Origin: Albugo candida
Lineage: Eukaryota
Reading direction: 5' to 3'
NCBI GenBank assembly: GCA_040437565.1
Contig: JBDOQK010000014.1
Span: 1-64,000 of the forward strand
DNA: 64,000 bases
Made by a program: the position numbers and the translations under genes. Below, piece after piece: positions 22,064 to 31,909 of the stretch. Every line of letters starts with the position of its first letter. Position 1 is the stretch's first letter. The notes under the pieces were generated by a model. The model was not told where the DNA came from and did not search any database. It saw nothing but the letters and a program-made list of their open reading frames with translations.

Positions 22064-22904
22064 TGCGTGGAGAAAAGCTAGTGTGCTAGCTGGTAAATTT
22101 AATTGTGATTCTCAGACCACCAGTACAAATACGTAGGTGGCAGGTGAGATATTTTACTACAATGAGCTGTTTCGAGCCTTTATGCTGTAACGTGGCAAGT
22201 ACAACCCACCACGTTCTGCAGCAATCCACACTTCCAATCAATGTGCACCCATCTCTGGCGGTCCACCTATACCTTCAACTTGACAGTATGGCCATGTGTT
22301 TGTGTTTACGTTCGTAAGCGTTTGGGTACAACATACTGCATTCATATCGCAGTCATATGGGCATCCTTCTGTTAATGACTCACTGCCGTAGTGTCACAGA
22401 GACGAAGTTTACAATTACTCAATACGTTAAAATGGTTGAAATTCAATGAGAATCATAAGTCAGTGGAATAGTCAATTAATCCCTTCTTTGAATTACACAG
22501 TGAGACATTATGTAAAAGAATGAAAACCGTTGATTCCGCTTGAAGTTGCGCTTGCAAGAAAAGAGAGCACGGAATGATAGAAAGATGGACAAATGCTCGT
22601 GATCGCATAAGCGATTAGCGCGTACCCTGTGTCGATATATAGTCAAGTACAAGTGATGCTTTCGTGCAAAACGAATGGACTCGTTGGACGCCACGTGACG
22701 GTGGAGCAACGCATCACGTCGACGTGGCAATATAACCAATCCGTTAAGTGTATTAAAAAAAAGTTTTTTTCGCTGNNNNNNNNNNNNNNNNNNNNNNNNN
22801 NNNNNNNNNNNNNNNNNNNNNNNNNNNNNNNNNNNNNNNNNNNNNNNNNNNNNNNNNNNNNNNNNNNNNNNNNNNTTTTTTTCGCTGATGATGGAATAAA
22901 GTCT

Positions 22905-24301
22905 ATGGATTCTGAAACTCTTTGTCGCGCTAATGCAGAAACTTGCAAAGTTTCTAACCATCAAGAAAAAGCTAACACGACCATATCTATCCCATTGTCA
23001 AGCTTAGTGAGTAAACCAGGATGTCCGAATAGCCCAACCTTACATAAGAGAATCTCAGGTTATTCAGCACAATTGAAACTTCGTAAAGTAGAATCCCGAC
23101 CGCTGTTTCAGGTATTATTAAAGCTAAAACACACATCTTCTTGTCGTGATCCAATTCTCCGTAGAACTTTGATGAGGAGGCTTTCCAAATCAAAGCACCG
23201 ACTGCGATGATGCGATTTGTTGATACGTTGCGGTATCATCGTCCGACGGAAGAAGAGAGGTCTTACTTGGCAGTCCCGAGTTGTAAAGAAAGACTGTGCA
23301 TGCATGAGCTACAGGATGTAATATGAGTTTCTTTATCGCCACTACTGAAAATGCTCAACTCTGCTGCTTAGATTCTTATTTGTTGTGGCGCACGGAAAGG
23401 ATTCCGCTTTAGTTCGGAAGAAATAAGGAGTTTTCGATATGTTACACAGCATCTCAACAGTTTTTATGCTCGATTGGATACCGCCTTTGTCACCATGCCT
23501 CTACAGGTATCTCGATACAGATTCGAGAACAGCGCAACTCGAATTCAAGACAATCCTCAACTTTTCAGAATCATGGATTTGGATAGTGATGAAATTCTCA
23601 ACCGGATACACAGCGAAGAAGAGCGTATTTGCTTTCAGGCATTTCATTTCCAGTGGCTGGCTCAGCAATACCTGGTCCATTTTGATCATCTTCGTAACAG
23701 TATCGAGGGAATTCGGCATCGTTTTCAATCATCTGAATGGCATTGTATTTCCGAAAGATCTAGTCGCGACTTGGTCGATCCTGGTAAGCATACGCCCTCG
23801 ATAGGGTCGACGCTCGGCTCATTTTGCTTTGATCATAGTTGACGTAGAGATTGAAGCGAAGACTCAGCATCCATTCCCATCATTTTTGTACGTGTTGGTC
23901 CAAAAATATCATCGAGAAAAGCGAAATCAAGCCACACTTTGGACACCATCATTGCCTTGGCAACCAGTCGATTCAATTGCGGCACTCGCAGATTTTATCA
24001 TTGACTTCTTATGGCCGACAAGCGGTATGCCATTACCTCTTTCATTTGGAGAAATAGAATCCGTTCGGTTCTTACTGAGAATTCTGTGAGTCGTTCTGTA
24101 CATTCACACAGTTGCATCCCCTCTGACGCATTTGGTAATTACAGGAAGGTGGAATTGAATAGCATCGAGTCGCTTTGCCATCGAGTAATTCTCCCGCAAG
24201 TCGGCAGAGGTCACACGACTCGGAAAGGATTTCAGAAGCTCATCTATCAGTTTTTAGTCACTGTGTATGAATTGCGGCATATTCCACGCAAAAATCGATA
24301 A
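22905..24301 (+). CDS. Hypothetical protein, 5 exons
   Basis: Four GT-AG introns (about 23112-23164, 23318-23371, 23784-23838, 24086-24144) join the short ORFs into one continuous frame, MDSETLC...PLFQ|NFDEEAF...ELQD|ILICCG...DP|VDVEIE...RIL|KVELN...PRKNR*. No family recognised. Confidence 0.65.
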
Positions 24302-25276
24302 ACTTGCACAAATACTTTATCCGCGGATTATTCCGCGTAGTGTACATATCCTATCAGTCGAGTCTATTCTTTGTATGAATGACATATCTTATACGATTAA
24401 GGGGATCGCTTTCGTCTTTCTCTGAGTCATAGTTTGGTCATCCTATCGCTTTCGTCAGACAATTCACACAGCAGTAAGAAGTAATTTTCTCTTTGTTAGA
24501 ACGTTCGCATTCCAAGAAGATGTTTTGTTACATCGTTTCAATCGACGCATATCGATCGATTCCGCAAACTTTGTCGGCTGTGATGAGACAACGCGTTTGC
24601 AACAATGCTCTACATCAATTATAGTGAAAAGTGCAACCCTACCGCAAAGCGAACTGACTTTCCTAAAGCCAGTTCATTTAAGAAAACGGAGTCGAAATAA
24701 GAGAATTCTCAGGAATGGATGTTGTTAACGAAACGTAATTGGACAAAGCTATGGACTATCTGGTCTTTATTATGCCTTCGACTCGTGTCACCACAAACTG
24801 GACAGCTCGGCGAAAGTCTTACCGTGAGCTCACATTCACTGGAACCGAACATGTACTGGCGTAGAACCGCATCTTGCGAGCAGACTGTCTGATAATCGCA
24901 CGCTAAGTGTATAAGCTTTTCATAGTTGATATTTGGTGACAAGTCAATTACAACAGCTTGAAGAACGCTTCCCATTGACTCATAGCGTAAAAATCCTATA
25001 TTCCTGCCCACATTCCATCAGGAAAGCATAAAGTTCGGAACGCAGCTGCGTCTCCGCTCTCTACAGTGTAATAGGGTCAAACCTCTCTGGTTAAAGCTCA
25101 AATTCTCGGCTGATTATATTTTTACTCAGCAGTGAAAGGGGGTACTTTCTTGTCGATGTTTTGATATTCCAACTCGCTCCCGTCTAGAGAAATAACGTAC
25201 ATCGTAGGCGTTTTACTTTAGCTGTCGAGTTGACTTTATTTATACGCGAAAGTCATTATCGAAACTATTTGCAGTC

Positions 25277-28200
25277 ATGCTCAAGGTCGGTGTCATGGTA
25301 GAGGTCAATGTGGCCACAAACAAGTCGGAATCGATTTCGTCTGAGAAACACGAGTGCGATTGGGCCCCAGCGGTTGTGATTGATCGATATATGAGCCCAA
25401 TTGACACCAATGGTGCTATTCTTGTCATTGAGATGGAAAGTACCTTGGAAATTAAAGAGTTTCTGGTACCCGAAGATCCGCTGCAATGGATTCCAGAATT
25501 ACGTCCTTATTCGGACCCAAATGGACACAGGCGACAGAATGAAAACGATACAGCCGAACAGGTCGAAGATTTAACCAATTTGAAAGAGCTCGATAGTTTT
25601 TCAATATTGGCGACTTTAGAATCACGATTCAGCCAGAAGAAGATATATACGAATACAGGCTCTATATTACTCGCCATCAATCCTTTCCAAGGAATGCCTT
25701 CTCTCTATCATTCCTCGCAAATGACACATTACTTGGCACATTTCGAGGCACTCAACACGTCTCCAGCGGTACCAATGGACAATCCAGCATATCGGGCATC
25801 GGATTCTCCGGCCTCTCCCACACGGCTTTCTACAAACGGGAGCAAGATATTACCGCCTCATATCTACCAAGTCGCAGGAGAAGCATTCCGAGCCATGCGG
25901 AATCCACTTACCGGTCGACCCACCAATCAATCGATTTTGGTCAGCGGAGAAAGTGGAAGTGGAAAAACCGAATCGACCAAGTTCCTTATGGAATATTTAG
26001 CTCGTGCTGGCGATCCACAGAATAGATTATCGACCGTCAGCAACCGTTCGTCCGCTTTATCAACAGCTTCGACAGCGTCAGCTACGACCAATTCACAATC
26101 AAGCACAAGCAGCAAGAACAATAGTGCGCCTTCATACTCGCTCAGTATTGCTGCTAAAGTCTTACAGACAAACATACTATTGGAATCATTCGGAAATGCC
26201 CGGACATTACGAAATGATAACTCGAGTCGATTCGGCAAGTTCATTAAGCTCCATTTCACTCAGCATGGAAAGCTAATTGGTGCGAGTATCCAAACATATC
26301 TCTTGGAAAAGGTCCGATTAGTATCACAAACAGCACAAGAGCGCAATTATCACATTTTCTATGAGATGATGCTTGGGGCTTCTGAAGATGAGCGCAAACG
26401 ATGGCGTCTGAGTCCATGTTTGACAGCGTCTTTGACGCAGAAAGAGAAGGAAGCAGAAGCGTTTGCTGCCTTCCGATATCTTAATCAAAGCGGCTGTGTG
26501 GAGCGGCGTGATGCGGTGCAAGAGCGTAAAATGTACAAAAAAGTGATTGCAGCAATGTCTGACATCGGTTTTACTTCGGATGAGATACAGGGAACATTCG
26601 ACTTATTGGCGGCGCTATTACACATTGGAAATCTGACCTTTGCGCATGAGGATGTCGGTACAATGGATGCATCTTCGACCACCGATTTATCTCCACAGTC
26701 TGTTCAATCGCGCGATTCTGCTGCTTTTCTCTTATCTGTCGACGCAAATCAGCTCGAAAAAGCGCTCAGTGCACGTAAAATCCGCGCAGGTAGCGATTTC
26801 GTAAGCGTTAAATTATCAGCGGAACAAGCCAACAATGCACGTGACGCCTTCACGAAATCACTTTACAGCCGATTGTTCGACTGGCTCGTGTGGAAGATGA
26901 ATGCATTTTTCAAAGCAGATACTGTGGAGAAATCGCATTCCAGCACGCGATATATTGGAATTTTAGACATTTTCGGCTTTGAAGTCTTCCCACAAAATTC
27001 ATTCGAGCAGCTTTGTATCAATTTCGCAAATGAAACTCTGCAGCAGCAATTCAATGAGTACGTGTTCAAAATGGAGCAGAAAGAGTACGAAGCGCAAGGT
27101 GTGGATTGGAAATACGTCGAGTATTCTGATAATCAAGAGGTCCTTAACCTCATTTCACAGCGTCCGACAGGAATCCTACCGCTTATTGATGAAGAGTGTC
27201 TGATGCCAAAAGGGAACGATACGACTTTAGCGTCGAAATTGTATCGAGAACTGGATACTCATCCGCGATTTTTGGCTTCTCGCACGCAAAAGGCGAAAGG
27301 AATGTTTGTGGTCGCGCATTACGCCGGTGACGTCGAGTACTCGACCAGCGGGTTCCTTGACAAAAACAAAGACCTTTTGCATCAAGAGGCTGTGGATTTA
27401 TTTCTGAATGTTCCTCGTGAAGGCAACTTTGTTCGTCTTCTTTGTGAGTTTGGGAATTCATTTCCACGCGCGAAATCGTCGCCACGCTCGCGAGCTTCGG
27501 TAAGCAAACAACGAGGAGCCAGCGTTTGCTGGCAATTCAAGGAGCAATTGAGTGATTTGCTCGAGACACTACGACAGACGAATCCTCATTATGTCCGCTG
27601 TCTGAAACCAAACGATTCGTGCTCACCGGAGCTGTACGATCGTGATCGTGTCCTGCATCAGCTCAAGTGTAATGGAGTCATGGAAGCTGTCCGTGTGGCC
27701 CGAGCTGGATTTCCTGTTCGAATTCTCCACGAGGAGTTTCTTGCTCGGTACTTTAGCCTGCGCTTCGACAAGAAACGGCGCACTCAAGCAAACGCCGATA
27801 CACGCGGTCTATCTGCGAATTCGCTTGTTATCGCAACCGTACGCGATCTACTGCAGGATGTATGGGTACTAATGTCAAAATCACTGCCTGCGCCCAACAA
27901 TAGCGACGAATTCGCTTCCATGTGTCTCGCAATGGGAATGCAAATGGGAATCAGTAAAACGTTTTTGAAAAAAAAAGCGTACGAGCAATTGGAAGCATTG
28001 CGATTACAAAGTATCCGAAAGCATATGATTGTGGTCTATAGCTCAATTGTTTGCAATCACGCTCGTCGTCGGTTCTTGCGACTTCGTCGAGCGATTATTG
28101 TGCTTCAAAGTGTGTATCGACTCCGAAAGTATCAGGCTCAGACTCGTGCTCACAAGCGCAGTGTGATAAACGCTCATGCCGTCAAAATGCAAAGTTTTGT

Positions 28201-30583
28201 GCGGATGGTTTATTATCGCACGCAATATCGAAAGCTCGTGCAGGCAGTCCGAGTGTTACAATGTCGCTATCGGTATCAGAAACATCGCGAGTGTCAGCGA
28301 TGCAGCAAAGAGAAAACTCTGCAGTTTCAGGATAGTTATATCGCGTCTTCCGAGAGTTCAATGGAGTCGTTTTTACTGTCAAATGACGTGGAAGGGGAAG
28401 AGACCTCACCTCTCCGTGCCTCCGATTTCCTCGAGAATAGCTCTGACCGTATCAGTACGATCGCGAAAATGGACACAAATGGTCGGAAAAGCATTCGTCC
28501 TCTGCGCACATCGCGACTTACTCGAACGTTTAGCGATCAACCACAAGAAATCATGGAATTGAGTCAAATTTCGACGAAATCATCGCATTTATCTGATACA
28601 GTTCTCCGTACAACTCGTTCGTCCCGTGCTGTTGCGTTACCTCGACTCGATATCGTACAACAGGCTCAATGGATAAACGACGACGATCGTTTTGGATGTC
28701 ATATTTGCAATAAGCGATTCAGTGTGTTTCGACGCAAACATCATTGTCGAGCGTGTGGGGAAGTCATTTGCGGTACTTGCTCGTTATATCATCGCATTCA
28801 AAATCGTTCGACGCGAATTTGCGTCTCGTGTGTCGCTTTCCACTCGTTAGATAGCCCAACTGCATCCGTATTACGTCCAAATAGCAATTCAAACGGTCTA
28901 GCATCCAGTGCGTCACAAAGTCCATTCGAAGTGAGCGATCCGTCTTCCGATGGTCTTTGGATCAATCCGTGGCCAGAACCTCCATACCCCGACAATGAGT
29001 CGGAGCGTTTGGTTGTTTTACGTGAGCTCAACATTCGCGATTTGGCTCTTTCGGGAAAATTCAATATGTATTGTGAGGTAGCTGCCAAAACAATGAAATG
29101 TCCGATTGCGTATGTGAGCATCGTGGAAGAAACTGAACAGATCTTAGTCGCCAATATTGGAATGGCGCATTCTGTGCTTCCGCGAGAAATGTCATTTTGT
29201 GCGCATACTATTTGTCAAGCGAGTGTTTTGGTAGTGTTAGACACACGATCTGATACGCGTTTTCGTGAAAATCCAATGGTCAAAGGCGAGAAAGGAACTG
29301 TGAAAATTCGATATTATGCGGGAGCAACGATTTTCTCAGTCGATGGGCACGCGCTCGGTACAGTGGCGGTGTTTGATACAAAACCTCGTCGTGAAGTAGA
29401 TCAAGATCACATTGNNNNNNNNNNNNNNNNNNNNNNNNNNNNNNNNNNNNNNNNNNNNNNNNNNNNNNNNNNNNNNNNNNNNNNNNNNNNNNNNNNNNNN
29501 NNNNNNNNNNNNNNTTTCCTCGAGAATAGCTCTGACCGTATCAGTACGATCGCGAAAATGGACACAAATGGTCGGAAAAGCATTCGTCCTCTGCGCACAT
29601 CGCGACTTACTCGAACGTTTAGCGATCAACCACAAGAAATCATGGAATTGAGTCAAATTTCGACGAAATCATCGCATTTATCTGATACAGTTCTCCGTAC
29701 AACTCGTTCGTCCCGTGCTGTTGCGTTACCTCGACTCGATATCGTACAACAGGCTCAATGGATAAACGACGACGATCGTTTTGGATGTCATATTTGCAAT
29801 AAGCGATTCAGTGTGTTTCGACGCAAACATCATTGTCGAGCGTGTGGGGAAGTCATTTGCGGTACTTGCTCGTTATATCATCGCATTCAAAATCGTTCGA
29901 CGCGAATTTGCGTCTCGTGTGTCGCTTTCCACTCGTTAGATAGCCCAACTGCATCCGTATTACGTCCAAATAGCAATTCAAACGGTCTAGCATCCAGTGC
30001 GTCACAAAGTCCATTCGAAGTGAGCGATCCGTCTTCCGATGGTCTTTGGATCAATCCGTGGCCAGAACCTCCATACCCCGACAATGAGTCGGAGCGTTTG
30101 GTTGTTTTACGTGAGCTCAACATTCGCGATTTGGCTCTTTCGGGAAAATTCAATATGTATTGTGAGGTAGCTGCCAAAACAATGAAATGTCCGATTGCGT
30201 ATGTGAGCATCGTGGAAGAAACTGAACAGATCTTAGTCGCCAATATTGGAATGGCGCATTCTGTGCTTCCGCGAGAAATGTCATTTTGTGCGCATACTAT
30301 TTGTCAAGCGAGTGTTTTGGTAGTGTTAGACACACGATCTGATACGCGTTTTCGTGAAAATCCAATGGTCAAAGGCGAGAAAGGAACTGTGAAAATTCGA
30401 TATTATGCGGGAGCAACGATTTTCTCAGTCGATGGGCACGCGCTCGGTACAGTGGCGGTGTTTGATACAAAACCTCGTCGTGAAGTAGATCAAGATCACA
30501 TTGGGATGCTTCAGCATCTAAGTTTTCTAGCGAGTGAGAAAATGATGCAAAGTACGATTTTGGACAATGGACAAGTGCTCTGA
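25277..30583 (+). CDS. Myosin with motor domain, IQ motifs, FYVE finger and C-terminal GAF domain; ~1405 aa after removing the artefactual repeat
   Basis: Motor motifs are GESGSGKT (P-loop), NDNSSRFGKF, ILDIFGFE, FEQLCINFANE and PHYVRCLKPN. IQ-like repeats follow, then FYVE (WINDD..C..C..RKHHCRACG..C..C..RICVSC) and GAF (NESERL...SFCAHTI...DTRFRENPMV...IRYYAGA). Confidence 0.95.
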   Translation: MLKVGVMVEVNVATNKSESISSEKHECDWAPAVVIDRYMSPIDTNGAILVIEMESTLEIKEFLVPEDPLQWIPELRPYSDPNGHRRQNENDTAEQVEDLTNLKELDSFSILATLESRFSQKKIYTNTGSILLAINPFQGMPSLYHSSQMTHYLAHFEALNTSPAVPMDNPAYRASDSPASPTRLSTNGSKILPPHIYQVAGEAFRAMRNPLTGRPTNQSILVSGESGSGKTESTKFLMEYLARAGDPQNRLSTVSNRSSALSTASTASATTNSQSSTSSKNNSAPSYSLSIAAKVLQTNILLESFGNARTLRNDNSSRFGKFIKLHFTQHGKLIGASIQTYLLEKVRLVSQTAQERNYHIFYEMMLGASEDERKRWRLSPCLTASLTQKEKEAEAFAAFRYLNQSGCVERRDAVQERKMYKKVIAAMSDIGFTSDEIQGTFDLLAALLHIGNLTFAHEDVGTMDASSTTDLSPQSVQSRDSAAFLLSVDANQLEKALSARKIRAGSDFVSVKLSAEQANNARDAFTKSLYSRLFDWLVWKMNAFFKADTVEKSHSSTRYIGILDIFGFEVFPQNSFEQLCINFANETLQQQFNEYVFKMEQKEYEAQGVDWKYVEYSDNQEVLNLISQRPTGILPLIDEECLMPKGNDTTLASKLYRELDTHPRFLASRTQKAKGMFVVAHYAGDVEYSTSGFLDKNKDLLHQEAVDLFLNVPREGNFVRLLCEFGNSFPRAKSSPRSRASVSKQRGASVCWQFKEQLSDLLETLRQTNPHYVRCLKPNDSCSPELYDRDRVLHQLKCNGVMEAVRVARAGFPVRILHEEFLARYFSLRFDKKRRTQANADTRGLSANSLVIATVRDLLQDVWVLMSKSLPAPNNSDEFASMCLAMGMQMGISKTFLKKKAYEQLEALRLQSIRKHMIVVYSSIVCNHARRRFLRLRRAIIVLQSVYRLRKYQAQTRAHKRSVINAHAVKMQSFVRMVYYRTQYRKLVQAVRVLQCRYRYQKHRECQRCSKEKTLQFQDSYIASSESSMESFLLSNDVEGEETSPLRASDFLENSSDRISTIAKMDTNGRKSIRPLRTSRLTRTFSDQPQEIMELSQISTKSSHLSDTVLRTTRSSRAVALPRLDIVQQAQWINDDDRFGCHICNKRFSVFRRKHHCRACGEVICGTCSLYHRIQNRSTRICVSCVAFHSLDSPTASVLRPNSNSNGLASSASQSPFEVSDPSSDGLWINPWPEPPYPDNESERLVVLRELNIRDLALSGKFNMYCEVAAKTMKCPIAYVSIVEETEQILVANIGMAHSVLPREMSFCAHTICQASVLVVLDTRSDTRFRENPMVKGEKGTVKIRYYAGATIFSVDGHALGTVAVFDTKPRREVDQDHIXXXXXXXXXXXXXXXXXXXXXXXXXXXXXXXXXXFLENSSDRISTIAKMDTNGRKSIRPLRTSRLTRTFSDQPQEIMELSQISTKSSHLSDTVLRTTRSSRAVALPRLDIVQQAQWINDDDRFGCHICNKRFSVFRRKHHCRACGEVICGTCSLYHRIQNRSTRICVSCVAFHSLDSPTASVLRPNSNSNGLASSASQSPFEVSDPSSDGLWINPWPEPPYPDNESERLVVLRELNIRDLALSGKFNMYCEVAAKTMKCPIAYVSIVEETEQILVANIGMAHSVLPREMSFCAHTICQASVLVVLDTRSDTRFRENPMVKGEKGTVKIRYYAGATIFSVDGHALGTVAVFDTKPRREVDQDHIGMLQHLSFLASEKMMQSTILDNGQVL
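28426..30503. repeat. Exact 989-bp duplication (28426-29414 = 29515-30503) across a 100-N gap; artefact that doubles FYVE-GAF in frame
   Basis: Identical copies abut the gap. The offset is 1089 nt, or 363 codons. Confidence 0.9.
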
Positions 30584-30647
30584 TTACAAAATACCAATAG
30601 TTTTTCTAATATAAAATCCAATCAAAACGTAACTTACGCATCAAATT

Positions 30648-31907
30648 ATGCGGAAAATATATCTGCGACTTTTATCGATAGTTGTGAGCGCAGTGCTATT
30701 CCATGTGCTTTTGTATCAGTTTAATTGGGTCAAAACTCCTTTGAAATACGTGTCTTCGCCGTCACTTTTCGATAAACGACCCATTCAGCAGCCACTCGAG
30801 ACGTACCCCAACGACATTCCCAATTTGTATGAATGCGATATCGCCGTATTACGATACCGATGCGATTTGGATGAGCAATTGGGCTGTCGAGCGTACCCTC
30901 AACTCTTCCCTTCCGGCGATATTTTCAACAATTGGTCACCGTATCGTCCTGAATCCATCCCAATCAAAACGTACTCGAGTATTTGTCGATTTAACATCTC
31001 ATCGCCGGTACGAATGACTGCTTTCTCACAAATCCACGCAACACTTTATTCGTTAGTATGAGTTTCGCTTAGCCAAAATGTTTCGCAACATGCAGGTACC
31101 TTTTGTTGTGTACGGAGTGCCCGAGCTCGAAGGAGTTGTTGGAAAATGGACTGATGAGGTACGTTGCTGGTTCCATTGCGTGAGAGAGCTCATTTTCCGT
31201 TAAAGTATCTCGCGGATCGGATGCGGTCGGTGGCGTTGGATGTTCATATCACCAAAGACGCACATTACATGCACTATGACACAAAAGTCGCCAAAAATAA
31301 AGCTCACGCGCGGCCGTACGCTCGTGTTAAATGGACGTATTTGGAATTCCAAAACGCGATAAGAAATGCATCCCAACGCGTATTTTATTACATGACGCTA
31401 CATAACGCGTTACTACGGAAAAAACTGTATTTCATTCCGCGAGATTTGACATTTTTCACCGATGAAAATCTTTATGGCGATTTCTTCGTGCCGGATCGTG
31501 GGAATGCAAATCTCACGTGTCGATTCGGAATGCAGGGGAATATCGTGCAAGGTCACGTGGACAGCGGCATGAATATGATTGCGATGGTGCGTGGTCGTAA
31601 GCGCTATGTGCTTGCTCCGCCAAGTGTGTGTTCTTGCTTGGGGTTGGCTACTTCCGGTGGACACGCGCGTCATACGCTCATCGACTGGGGAAACTTGGAT
31701 CGTACTTCAGAGATTGGTCGTCTTGCGTCTGAATGCCCAGCGACGGAAATTGTCGTGTCGGCTGGTGACGTACTATACATCCCGCCATTATGGTATCATC
31801 ACATCGTTTCGCTTGATGAGAGCATTCAGTGTAATGATCGATCGGGTCGAGCGGCTCGGCAGTTGGAATTCGCATTCATTGCCAAATGTTTGCACCTCAA
31901 TGAATAA
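30648..31907 (+). CDS. JmjC/cupin-8 2-oxoglutarate-Fe(II) oxygenase with N-terminal signal anchor; exons 30648-31007, 31057-31158, 31206-31907; ~387 aa
   Basis: Motifs PFVVYGVP...KWTDEYL, the HxD motif (GHVDSG), GRKRYVL and AGDVLYIPPLWYHHIVS (distal His) are present. There is a hydrophobic N-terminal helix, and both introns are in-frame GT-AG. Confidence 0.85.
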
Positions 31908-31909
31908 AG

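Noticed and set aside
24709-25011. 100-aa minus-strand ORF with a CPVC motif upstream of the myosin
   Set aside because: There is only one CxxC pair, no ATG at the ORF start and no recognisable family, so support is insufficient.
29515-30503. Tandem FYVE-GAF-FYVE-GAF myosin tail
   Set aside because: It is a nucleotide-identical repeat abutting a 100-N gap and is in frame only by chance.
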